Positions 46,411 through 55,667 of a stretch of DNA of 64,000 nucleotides are shown here, piece by piece. The notes under the pieces were generated by a model. It was not told the DNA's origin and ran no database searches. It saw nothing but the letters and a program-made list of their open reading frames with translations. Origin of the DNA: Candidatus Binataceae bacterium (GTDB taxonomy: Bacteria; Desulfobacterota; Binatia; Binatales; Binataceae); contig JBGPUE010000008.1 in the NCBI GenBank assembly GCA_041491005.1, positions 7,212-71,211 of the forward strand, given 5' to 3'. Made by a program: the position numbers and the translations under genes. Each line of letters opens with the position of its first letter. The first letter of the stretch is position 1.

Positions 46411-47283
46411 TTACCCTGACCGCGCCAGCACGCGCGATCGATCGGCGGCGGCGTGCAAGGCGCTCGCGACGATATCAGAAAAGCCAGCCTCGGCGAATCG
46501 GCGCAGGGCCGCTTCGGTGGTGCCGCCGGGCGATGCGACGATTCGTATCAACTCGGCCGGCGTGAGCGGCGACTGGCGCATGTTGGCTTCCGCCCCACGC
46601 AGCGTCTGCAATGCCATCCGAATTGCCAGCTCGATCGGCAGCCCTTCGCTCGCGCCGGCATCGGCGAGCGCTTTCACAAACAGATAGACGTAAGCCGGGC
46701 CGCTGCCCGACAGCGCCGTGACCGCGTCGAGCAGCGTCTCATCCTTGAGTGCGATCGCGTCGCCCACCGCACGGAACAGCTTCAGCGCGAAGACTTCATC
46801 GGCCTTGCTCGCATGCGGCCCGCGCACCAGAGCCGCCATCCCCTGGCCGACCATCGCGGGCGCATTGGGCATCACGCGAATCACCCGCGCATGCTCTCCC
46901 AGATGACGCTGCAAGCGCGCGATCGGCACTCCGGCGGCGATCGAGATGTAAAGCCGGGTGCCTCCTGGAGCGGTCGCCCCACGGCCGGCGGTGGGTCGCT
47001 TGCCCGCATCCGCAGTCCGCGCGCGCAAACCGGCTGCGATGCCGTCGAGTACCGCATCGATTGCCTGGGGCTTGACCGCGATCACGATCGCACGCGCCTC
47101 GCTGACCACCTCATCGTTGTCCGCTGTGGTCCGAATCTTGAGCAGACGCGCGAGGCGCCGCCGCCGCGCGGGATCGACATCCGAGGCAATCAGGTCGGAC
47201 GCCACGAAGACCTTGCCGGCGCGCAAGCCGCGCGCCAGCGCCTCAGCCATATTCCCGCCGCCGATGAAGCCCAGCTTTTTCAT
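46411..47283 (-). CDS. proC: pyrroline-5-carboxylate reductase
   Basis: MKKLGFIGGGNMAEAL.., ..VMPNAPAMVGQG.., ..SGSGPAYV.., ..ASPGGTTEA.. Confidence 0.9.
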   Translation of the reverse strand: MKKLGFIGGGNMAEALARGLRAGKVFVASDLIASDVDPARRRRLARLLKIRTTADNDEVVSEARAIVIAVKPQAIDAVLDGIAAGLRARTADAGKRPTAGRGATAPGGTRLYISIAAGVPIARLQRHLGEHARVIRVMPNAPAMVGQGMAALVRGPHASKADEVFALKLFRAVGDAIALKDETLLDAVTALSGSGPAYVYLFVKALADAGASEGLPIELAIRMALQTLRGAEANMRQSPLTPAELIRIVASPGGTTEAALRRFAEAGFSDIVASALHAAADRSRVLARSG

Positions 47284-47969
47284 TGCGCACGCTCGCCGAA
47301 GACCGCCCGTCCCACGCGCACGATCGTCGCGCCCTCTTCGATCGCCACCTCGAAGTCGTCGCTCATTCCCATCGACAGCTCGCTTAACTCAAGCCCGCTC
47401 TTGGCGGCAAGCTCATCGCGCAGTTCGCGGATGGCGGCGAAGTAGCGCCGCGCCCGCTCCGGATTGGCCGCTGGCGGCGGGATCGTCATCAATCCCACTA
47501 CTTCGACCTCGTCGCGCACGGTTTCGATGAGTTCCTCGACCTCACCCGCAAGGACGCCATGCTTGCTGGCTTCGGCGCCGATGTTGATCTCGACCAGCAC
47601 ATGCATGTCGGGACGATGGCGCGCCCGTCGCAGCGCCTGCGCAAGCCGCGCCGAGTCGAGCGTCTGAATGAGGTCGAAATGCTCCGCCGCGATCCGCGCC
47701 TTGTTGGCCTGCAGATGTCCGATCAGGTGCCATCGGATATCGGCGAGGCCAGCCAGCTCGTCCCATTTGGCGACGGCTTCCTGCACGTAATTCTCGCCGA
47801 ACTCGCGTGCGCCAGCTTCATACGCGGCGCGAAGCGCCGCGGCCGGCTGCGTCTTGGTCGCCAGCACGAGCCGGACCGAATCGACTTCGCGCGCCGATCG
47901 TTGCGCAGCCGCTTCAATACGGCCACGCACTTCGGCCAGTCGCGCCGCGGTCTCAACGGAGCTCATCAC
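47280..47969 (-). CDS. yggS: YggS-family PLP-binding protein
   Basis: ..LVLATKTQP.. (PLP Lys), ..FGENYVQE.., ..WHLIGHLQANK.., ..LSMGMSDDFEVAIEEGATIVRVG.. ATGA overlaps on both sides. Confidence 0.9.
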   Translation of the reverse strand: MMSSVETAARLAEVRGRIEAAAQRSAREVDSVRLVLATKTQPAAALRAAYEAGAREFGENYVQEAVAKWDELAGLADIRWHLIGHLQANKARIAAEHFDLIQTLDSARLAQALRRARHRPDMHVLVEINIGAEASKHGVLAGEVEELIETVRDEVEVVGLMTIPPPAANPERARRYFAAIRELRDELAAKSGLELSELSMGMSDDFEVAIEEGATIVRVGRAVFGERAQ

Positions 47970-48538
47970 TTTTCTCCCACGCCATCGAGTCGCGCCAGCG
48001 CCGCCAGCACTTCCGCCACCGGCAGGCCCATCACGTTGTCCCGCGACCCCTCGACGCTGTCGATGAACGTGCCGCCGAACCCCTGGATTCCGTATGCGCC
48101 CGCCTTGTCAAACGGCTCACAGGTCGCGATATAGGCCTCGATTTCGTCGGCGGACAGCGCGCGGAAGGTCACACGGCTGGTCACAGCAGCACTGTCGCGA
48201 ACTACGCCTTCGCGAGCGATAGCGAAGGCGGTGATCACCGTGTGAGTACGCCCGGAAAGCCGCGACAGCATCGCGCGCGCATCCGCAGCATCGAGGGGCT
48301 TGCCCATAATCGCCCCGTCGCATTCGACCACTGTATCCGCGCCGATGACAAGGCGACCGGACGCGCCGTTTGAGACGGCGACAGCCTTGTCCCGCGCCAT
48401 CCGCAGCGCGAATGATGCTCCATCCTCGTCGGGCCGCGGCTGCTCGATCACTTCGCTATGACGCACATCGAAACGCAGCCCGGCGCGCTCCAGCAATTCA
48501 CGCCGCCTTGGCGACGCGGAGGCAAGGGTTAGTTTCAT
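47966..48538 (-). CDS. maf: Maf-family nucleoside-triphosphate pyrophosphatase
   Basis: ATG 48538 gives MKLTLASASPRRRELL.., ..IGADTVV.., ..KAGAYGIQG.. Confidence 0.85.
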   Translation of the reverse strand: MKLTLASASPRRRELLERAGLRFDVRHSEVIEQPRPDEDGASFALRMARDKAVAVSNGASGRLVIGADTVVECDGAIMGKPLDAADARAMLSRLSGRTHTVITAFAIAREGVVRDSAAVTSRVTFRALSADEIEAYIATCEPFDKAGAYGIQGFGGTFIDSVEGSRDNVMGLPVAEVLAALARLDGVGEK

Positions 48539-48679
48539 CATCGCGGTGCTGACACGAGCCGGTTTCAGCGGCGGGCCATCAATTGCTGCCAAAGGACTGC
48601 CGATCGTGCAAGCTGTATGTAGCAGGATGGACGCGGAGGTGGCGGGGATGGAAACCTCGGGAGATGCGGCGAGCGCTGC

Positions 48680-50818
48680 ATGCGACTCATGACGCGCACC
48701 CGATGGCGGATCGTCGTAATCGCGATCCTCGCTTCAGCGTTCGCCGGATGCGGCTCCAACCATCGCGCTCAAGTCGCACCCGCCATCGACGGTGCAGGCA
48801 GTGCGGCGCAATCGGGCGCGCAGCCGGGGGCCGCAACGCGACCGGCGCCCAGCTCGCCGGAGCAGCTCTTTGTCGAAGGCTATCAGGCGTATGAACGTCG
48901 CGACTTCGCGCTCGCCGCCGATCGAATGAAGCTCGCGGCCGCCGGCTATCCGCAACTGGGCGACTACGCGCTCTTTTATCTCGCCTCGGCGCATCAAGCG
49001 CAGGGCGATCAGGCCGCTGCCGGCGCTAGTTTCCGCCGTCTGCTCGAAAGCTACCCGCAGAGCATCGTTCGCAAGCGGGGCGAAGCTGCACTGGCGGAGA
49101 TCGTGCTGGGGCAGGGCGACTTCGCGCAGGCGCGCGCGCTGGCATCAGTAGCCGCATCCGGCGACGCCGCTCCCGAGACGGCGCAACGCGCGCTGCTGGT
49201 CGAAGCGAAGGCGGCGGCCGCGATGAACGATTCTCTCGCGGCCTTTCGCGCCTTGCAGACGATCCGGCGCAGGTATCCGCACGCCGATGCTGACCTTCAG
49301 GCGCGCGCGGCGGAAAGGGAGCTGCTCGCGGCGCATCCCCAGATCGCCGATACTCAGTCGCTCGCATACCATCGCGGCGAAGCCGAATTGCTGCTCGCCG
49401 AAGGGCAGGATCGCGCAGCGCGCGATCAAGTCGACGATGCGCTGGCACTCGCGCCGGACCGGGCGTCACGCGCCGAGCTGCTCTGGCTGCGCGCGCGCTC
49501 GTTGCGATCCGATTCCGCAGCCGAGCGCGGCGCACTCGAATCGTACCTGAAGCTGGCGCCTAAGGGCGCCCATGCACCGGCAGCGCTCGAGCAGCTCGGG
49601 CGGCTCTGGTGGCATGAGGATGAACGCGAGCGCGCGAAATCCGCCTTCGCGCGAATCGTGCGCGGCTTCCCTCGAAGCGAGCAATCGCCGGGTGCAATGG
49701 TGCGGATCGGGCGGATTTTCGAGGAGCAGGGCAAGCTCGACAAGGCGCGTGCGCAATACGAACGCGCCGCCGCTCGCTATCCCAACAGCGAAGCCGGCGC
49801 CGACGCGCGCTTTCGCGCGCCCTGGATGCTCTATCTTGGCGGTTCGTATTCGTCCGCGGCCGGGCGCTTCCAGGCGCTGAGCGCCAAAGCGTGTCCGCCA
49901 ATCGAGCGCGACATGTACCTCTACTGGTGCGCACGGGCGCTGTAGCGAGCGGGCGATCGCGAGCGGGCCCGCGCGATTTACAGCAACCTCGCCGCGAGCA
50001 CCGATAGCAACTACTATCCCGCGCTCGCCGCGATGCGCGCCGCCGGCGTTCGCGCGATGCTGCCAGCCGCGACCGCCGCCGATCTCGCGCCGGGTTCGCC
50101 ACCGCCCGTGGGTCCGGACGCATCGTTTCATCTGTCGCGGGCGCTCGCGCTGCGGAGACTGGGCCTCAACGACCTCGCCAGCGGCGAGCTCACGGCGCTA
50201 AGGGCCTTTGCAGGACGCGATTCAGGTTTGCGGACATTCGTGCTCGCCGAATACCAGGCTGCCGCGGTGTACCACGAGGCCATCAAGATGGCGACCACGA
50301 TGGCCGAGCGCGGCCAGCTCAACACCGATGTCGCCGAACGTATCCGCTACCCGCGCGCATATTGGGATCTGCTCGTGCCAGCGGGTGCGCGGACCGGAAT
50401 CGAGCCCTATCTGCTGCTGGCGCTGGCGCGGCAGGAGAGCCTGTTTGATCCGGCGGCGCGCTCGTCGTCGGATGCGCGCGGGTTGATGCAACTGCTGCCG
50501 ACGACGGCCGAGCGCGTTGCGCGGCAGGACGGCATCGCCAGCGACCCGCTTGATCTCTATGATCCCGCGCTCAATGTGCGGCTCGGTACGGCGTATCTCG
50601 CCGTTCTGCTACGGATGTTCGGCGGCAACCAGTTCCGCGCCGTTGCTGCCTACAACGCGGGCGAGCATGCGGTCGCGAAGTGGAATCAAAAGGCGCCGCT
50701 CGAGGACGACGAATGGGTCGAGCAAATCGAGTTCCGCGAAACGCGCGAGTACGTCAAGAAGGTGATCGGCGGCCGGCGCGAATATCGCCTGCTGTATGCG
50801 CGGGGTTCGAGCATGTAA
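48680..50818 (+). pseudogene. slt: Slt70-like soluble lytic murein transglycosylase (lipoprotein) interrupted by one in-frame TAG at 49943-49945
   Basis: ORFs 48680-49945 and 50033-50818 are in the same frame and separated only by TAG: ..YLYWCARAL*RAGDRERARAIYSNLA..NYYPALAA.. The N-terminal lipobox is SAFAGC. There is a TPR/superhelical region, then the catalytic domain (ARQESLFDP, GLMQLLPTTA, AAYNAG). Confidence 0.7.
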
Positions 50819-51756
50819 CGATCGACCCGTCACACAGCATCGTCGGCATCGATGTCGGCGAGGACTTCCTTGATCTCGCGATCGTCGAGAATGCTCGCGC
50901 GCCGGAGGTTCGCTACGAGCGCGTCGTAATCGCGGATATCGAAGCCGAGCCGCTGGAGATTCTGCGCCAACGCATGCTCGCCGCGTTCAGCGGCCGGGGT
51001 TCCGGGAGCGTTGCGATAATCGACTCGCCGCGATGGCCGCGCGATCTCGACTGGTCGCGCCGCCACGAAGGCATCACGCCGATCGTGCGCCCGGATCCAC
51101 CGCCCGGTCGCGACCTCGATCGCGCGCTTCGCGCTCTGATCCGGCGCAGCGTAACCGCCAACGCCGAACCGATCCGCCTCTCGATGTTCCCAACGCCGAG
51201 GCTCGATTACTTCACTGGCTGCGTGACGAATCGCGAATGCAAGCCCCATCTGCGCACGATCTACGGAGCGCTGTTCGGCAGGCTCCCCGCGACTTCAACC
51301 GATGGCCGAATCTCGGGCGGCACGTTCACACGCTTCATGCTCTGCGGCTTCGTGGCGTACGTCGTTCTCGAGCAGATGGGCGTCAAATGCTACGAATGCT
51401 TCCCCGACGTCCAGTTCAGACTACTTGGCCAGGGCGGGTATCTCCCGCCCAAGCGCAAGCGCACAGCGGCGCTGCGGGAGCGCCTCAAGATCCTCGATGC
51501 GCTTTACAGCGAACAGGGAATCGCCGCCGGGCCCCGCGCATCGACGCTCGATCAGGCCGACGCCGCAGTGATGGTGCTGGCTGGCCTGCGGCCCGGCTCG
51601 CTCGTTTCGATCCGCAACCCTGCGGAAGGAGAGTTCATCGTCGCGTTTCGCGATTCGCCACCGAATCCTTTGCCCGAGCTGGTCGCGGCTTCTCTGGATT
51701 CTTCTTCTTGCGATTCGCGCCGCGCGCTGACCGCATCCACGGCGGCTTCGCCTTGA
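50680..51756 (+). CDS. hypothetical protein, possibly RNase-H-like fold (DUF429-like); start codon unresolved
   Basis: Protein-like frame: ..SIVGIDVGEDFLDLAIV.., ..VAIIDSPRWP.., ..FTRFMLCGFVAYVVLEQMGVKCYECFPDVQF.., ..LDQADAAVMVLAG.. There is no in-frame ATG/GTG/TTG between 50713 and 50974. The 3' end overlaps tag convergently. Confidence 0.45.
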   Translation: MESKGAARGRRMGRANRVPRNARVRQEGDRRPARISPAVCAGFEHVTIDPSHSIVGIDVGEDFLDLAIVENARAPEVRYERVVIADIEAEPLEILRQRMLAAFSGRGSGSVAIIDSPRWPRDLDWSRRHEGITPIVRPDPPPGRDLDRALRALIRRSVTANAEPIRLSMFPTPRLDYFTGCVTNRECKPHLRTIYGALFGRLPATSTDGRISGGTFTRFMLCGFVAYVVLEQMGVKCYECFPDVQFRLLGQGGYLPPKRKRTAALRERLKILDALYSEQGIAAGPRASTLDQADAAVMVLAGLRPGSLVSIRNPAEGEFIVAFRDSPPNPLPELVAASLDSSSCDSRRALTASTAASP

Positions 51757-52258
51757 GGATGCGCGCGTAGATCGCGCAGTCGGGCTGATGGGCGCCGGGA
51801 ATATAGCCGGTGCTGAGCAGGAACTCGCGCGTAATCTCGCCGCCGGTGAACACAAAGGTCTGCTTGAACAGCTTGACCCACTGATCGGTTTGTAGCGGAT
51901 GATTGGCGTCCAGCCAGCCGCGAAACGATCCATGCTGCTCGCGCAGTTGGAGGATGCGCCGCGCGTTCTCGATCGCCGCGTTCACCTTGAGCCGGTTGCG
52001 CACGATTCCCGCGTCACGGAGCAATCGCTGGCGCTCGCGGGCCCCATACGCCGCGACCCGGTCGATATCGAAACCATGGTAGGCGGCGCGGAAGTTGTCG
52101 CGTTTCTTGAGAATCGTGCTCCACGACAGCCCGGCCTGATTCACTTCGAGCATCAGCCGCTCGAACAATTGCGCATCGCCGGCGAGCGGGAATCCGTACT
52201 CGAAATCGTGATAGGCGGCGTGAAGCGGATCGCTCGCGGCATAACGGCAATAGCTCAT
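51635..52258 (-). CDS. tag: DNA-3-methyladenine glycosylase I with a basic C-terminal extension
   Basis: ..DPLHAAYHDFEYGFP.., ..LEVNQAGLSWSTILKKRDNFR.., ..DAGIVRNRLKV.. Confidence 0.85.
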   Translation of the reverse strand: MSYCRYAASDPLHAAYHDFEYGFPLAGDAQLFERLMLEVNQAGLSWSTILKKRDNFRAAYHGFDIDRVAAYGARERQRLLRDAGIVRNRLKVNAAIENARRILQLREQHGSFRGWLDANHPLQTDQWVKLFKQTFVFTGGEITREFLLSTGYIPGAHQPDCAIYARILKAKPPWMRSARGANRKKKNPEKPRPARAKDSVANRETRR

Positions 52259-52480
52259 CAGCGCGTCTTCCCTGAGAAGAAGCGATTATGTACACAGCCG
52301 CTGCCCGGTCAATCCCACCTTGTTGAGCGGACCGCCACCGCGCGGGATGCACAGCGATCGGCTTGCGCGCTGGGCCGCTCCCATGGCGGCCCCGGCCCGC
52401 GGCGCTTGACATCGCACGGATGGTCGGATTGAAGGGAACCGAAGCAGCCTGACGCCGAAGGCGCGGGCGCATCGCAGCAA

Positions 52481-53170
52481 GTGCCGCTACAATTCAGGGC
52501 GATCTTCTTCGATCTCGACGGTACGCTCGTCGACATTCATGGACCGCTGTATATCGCGGCTCGCAATGCGCTCGAACAGCTCGGCCATCAGCCTGCGCTG
52601 ACCCGTGAGCATTACGATCGGCTGATCGCGCAAAACGACATGTGGCTCGGCGTCCCCGAACACTTGCGCCGCGAGTACGCCAAACTCGCGTTCGCTTACT
52701 TCATGACGGAGAACGATCGTGCCGAACGCCTGGAAGTTCTACCCCATGTGATTGAAACCCTCGGCGAACTCAAGCGCAGGAATTACATGACTGCCGTGAT
52801 CACCAGCCGCCCCGGCGATCCCAAGCGTTTGGTCGAAAAGCTCTCGATGGTTGGGCTGGCGCCGTATTTCGATCAGGTCGTCACCGCCGACACGCGCTCG
52901 CTGCGCGCGCTGGACAAGAGCGAATCGCTGCGTCAGGCTGCGATGCGCGCTGGAGTCGTGCCGCATGCTTGCATGTATGTCGGCGACGAGCCGCGCGACA
53001 TGATGGCTTCGGCCAATGCGGGCTACGGGGCGAAGATCGCGGTCGCGACCGGCGCGGCCAGCTATGAGTATCTCACCAACCATCCCGAGCATCGGCCCGA
53101 CCACGTGATGCGCTCGATGGGCGAGCTGATCGCGCTGCTCAATCATCTCCGCGAGAGCGGGCCGCTATAG
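52481..53170 (+). CDS. HAD-superfamily hydrolase (phosphoglycolate-phosphatase-like)
   Basis: GTG start. Motif I is IFFDLDGTLVD, motif II is VITSRP, and motif IV is YVGDEPRDMMASANAG. Confidence 0.8.
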   Translation: MPLQFRAIFFDLDGTLVDIHGPLYIAARNALEQLGHQPALTREHYDRLIAQNDMWLGVPEHLRREYAKLAFAYFMTENDRAERLEVLPHVIETLGELKRRNYMTAVITSRPGDPKRLVEKLSMVGLAPYFDQVVTADTRSLRALDKSESLRQAAMRAGVVPHACMYVGDEPRDMMASANAGYGAKIAVATGAASYEYLTNHPEHRPDHVMRSMGELIALLNHLRESGPL

Positions 53171-53186
53171 GCGGACGGAGGCGCCC

Positions 53187-54455
53187 ATGACCGACCGGCA
53201 ACAATCGCGCGAAGTGCCGCAGGCGCTTTCCGATCTCCGGCTGGTCGAGCTGCCATGCCTTGATCCGATGCCGTTCTTCGCGGGGCCGATGGCGGCCAAG
53301 GCGTTCGCCGATCTCGGCGCCGAAGTAATCAAGGTCGAGCCGCCACGGGTCGGTGCTTCCGAACGGCAACGCGGGCCATTCCGCGATGACGTTCCCGACC
53401 CCGAAACTGGCGGGCTGCATCTCTATCTCAACACCAGCAAGCTCGGCGTCACGCTCGATTTGCACAGCGATCGCGCGCGCGCGCTTCTGATGCGCATGCT
53501 CGAATCCGCCGATATCGTGCTCAATCCCAATTTGCCCGCGCTGGCCGAGCGGCTCGGCCTCGGCTGGCGCACGCTCTGTGCGTGTTTCCCCAAGCTGATC
53601 GTCGTATCTCTGACCTGCTTTGGCGCCGACTCGCCGTATCGCGACGTACGCGGCAATGATCTGGTCGCGACGCATATGAGTTGCGTCGGCTACGAGACAC
53701 CGATCAACCAGGTCACGGATCCGCCGACTCAACCGCCGCTGAAGGCGGCAGGCCGCCAAGCTGATTGGCTGACAGGCTACACAGCCGCCGCCGCCGCGAT
53801 GTGCGCCCTGTTCCAGCGCAAACACACCGGCCGCGGCCAACATGTGGATGCCAGCGCGTGGCTGGCGATGGTCAGCATGGTGCGGCCGACCCTCGGGATC
53901 CATTCGCACGAAGCGGCGGACGCGCCGTATGGCATGAGGATTCGCACGCGGATGAAAAACGGCGTGCCGTGGGTCTATCCATGCAAGGACGGATGGGTCA
54001 GCTTCAGCCCGTTGACCGATCGCTTCTGGCGCGGCACCCGCAACGTACTGGGCAATCCCGAGTGGACTCAAAACGAGCTGTTCAAGGATCTGCCCGGGCG
54101 CGCGGCGAACTCCGATGCGATCGAAGCTGGACTCATCGGCTGGTTCGCCGAGCGCGGCAAGGAGGAGATCTTCGAACGCGCGCAACGCGAGCATGTGCCG
54201 TGCTTCCCGGTCTACACGCCGCGCGAGGTGGCCGCGAATCCGCAATACAAGGCGCACAACTATTTCGTTGAGCAGGACCATCCGGCGGCGGGCGAGGTCA
54301 GGATGCCCGGCGCGCCGTACATGTTCAGCCGCACGCCATGGCGATTGCGCTGCGGTGCGCCACGGCTTGGCGAGCACAACCGGACGATCTTCGGCGAACG
54401 GCTCGGACTCGGCGAGACCGAGCTCGCAGCGCTGCGCGAAGCGGGAGCGATCTGA
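53187..54455 (+). CDS. family III CoA-transferase (CaiB/BaiF type), first of a tandem pair
   Basis: ..LSDLRLVELPCLDPMPFFAGPMAAKAFADLGAEVIKVE.. Its stop TGA shares a base with the ATG of the next paralog. Confidence 0.85.
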   Translation: MTDRQQSREVPQALSDLRLVELPCLDPMPFFAGPMAAKAFADLGAEVIKVEPPRVGASERQRGPFRDDVPDPETGGLHLYLNTSKLGVTLDLHSDRARALLMRMLESADIVLNPNLPALAERLGLGWRTLCACFPKLIVVSLTCFGADSPYRDVRGNDLVATHMSCVGYETPINQVTDPPTQPPLKAAGRQADWLTGYTAAAAAMCALFQRKHTGRGQHVDASAWLAMVSMVRPTLGIHSHEAADAPYGMRIRTRMKNGVPWVYPCKDGWVSFSPLTDRFWRGTRNVLGNPEWTQNELFKDLPGRAANSDAIEAGLIGWFAERGKEEIFERAQREHVPCFPVYTPREVAANPQYKAHNYFVEQDHPAAGEVRMPGAPYMFSRTPWRLRCGAPRLGEHNRTIFGERLGLGETELAALREAGAI

Positions 54456-55663
54456 TGAGCGAGCTGCCGTTTCGCGGGATCCGCGTCGCCGACTTCGGCT
54501 GGATCTTCGCGATCCCGCATACGACGGCATGGCTGGGCGCGCTCGGTGCGGATGTGATCCGCGTCGAGAGCATCAAGTCGCCCGACCTGGTACGATTTCT
54601 AAGCGGCACTGATGGAGTGCCCGGACTCAACCGCAGCGGGATTTTCAGCTCGATCAACTTTTCCAAGCGCAGCTTGGCGCTCAATCTCGCCCATCCGAGC
54701 GCGACTGAAATCGCGCAGCGGCTGGTGATGGCGAGCGACATCGCGACCGAGAATTTCACCGTCGGCAACATGGAGAAGTTCGGTCTGAGTTACGATCATC
54801 TGCGCAAGCTCAAGCCCGACCTGATCATGCTGTCCGGCACGCCGTTGGGGCAGACCGGTCCGCTCGCGCGGACCGTCGGCTTCGGCCCGACGACGCAAGC
54901 CTTCGCCGGCATCTGTCATCTTACCGGCTACCCCGGCAGTTTCCCGTGCGGGATTGGCGGGACCTGGCCGGATTTCGCAGTCGGCGTGGCGATGGTCTTC
55001 GCGCTGCTCGCCGCGCTGCACCATCGCGATCGTACCGGCGAAGGGCAGTACATCGATCTCTCGATGGCCGAGATGGTCACTGCGATGCTGCCCGAAGCGA
55101 TGATGGAATTCTTCATGAACGGGCGCGACACGGGCCCGATCGGCAATCGGGACGAATCCATCGCGCCGCACGGCGTCTTTCCGGCGCGCGGCGACGACAA
55201 GTGGATCGCACTGGCGGCCGCTGACGACGCCGAGTTCGGGTCGTTGTGTGAGGTTCTGCGAGCGCCGGCGCTGGCCTCAGATGCGCGGTTCGCGCGGCTG
55301 GCGGAACGGCTTCGGAACGTCGATGCACTCGAAGCGGAGATCGCGGCGCATACGAGCGGTTTCGATCGCGACGAGCTGGTAAACGCGCTGCGCGCTCGCA
55401 ACCTCGTCGCCGGGCCGGTCTATCGCGCCGATGAAATCGCCAACGATCCCGCCTATCGCGCTTCAGCGATGCCGGTGACGCTGAATCACAAGGAATCCGG
55501 CCCGCGCGAGATACCTGGTCTGCCGGTCGGCTTCAGCGCGATGACCCCGGACTATCAACCTGCGGCGCCGCTGGGCGAACATTCGGACGAGGTATTGCGC
55601 GACCTGCTCGGCTACTCCGAGGCGGAGATCGAACGCTTCAAGTCGGAAGGGATAGTGGTCTAG
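54455..55663 (+). CDS. family III CoA-transferase (CaiB/BaiF type), second of a tandem pair
   Basis: ATG 54455 (TGATG junction). Contains MSELPFRGIRVADFGWIFAIPHTTAWLGALGADVIRVE.. 1209 nt in frame. Confidence 0.85.
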   Translation: MSELPFRGIRVADFGWIFAIPHTTAWLGALGADVIRVESIKSPDLVRFLSGTDGVPGLNRSGIFSSINFSKRSLALNLAHPSATEIAQRLVMASDIATENFTVGNMEKFGLSYDHLRKLKPDLIMLSGTPLGQTGPLARTVGFGPTTQAFAGICHLTGYPGSFPCGIGGTWPDFAVGVAMVFALLAALHHRDRTGEGQYIDLSMAEMVTAMLPEAMMEFFMNGRDTGPIGNRDESIAPHGVFPARGDDKWIALAAADDAEFGSLCEVLRAPALASDARFARLAERLRNVDALEAEIAAHTSGFDRDELVNALRARNLVAGPVYRADEIANDPAYRASAMPVTLNHKESGPREIPGLPVGFSAMTPDYQPAAPLGEHSDEVLRDLLGYSEAEIERFKSEGIVV

Positions 55664-55667
55664 ACCA

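Noticed and set aside
45734-48538. The maf-yggS-proC-yggT-DUF167 block as something unusual
   Set aside because: This is a widely conserved housekeeping neighbourhood. The only oddity is the probable non-ATG start of the DUF167 gene.
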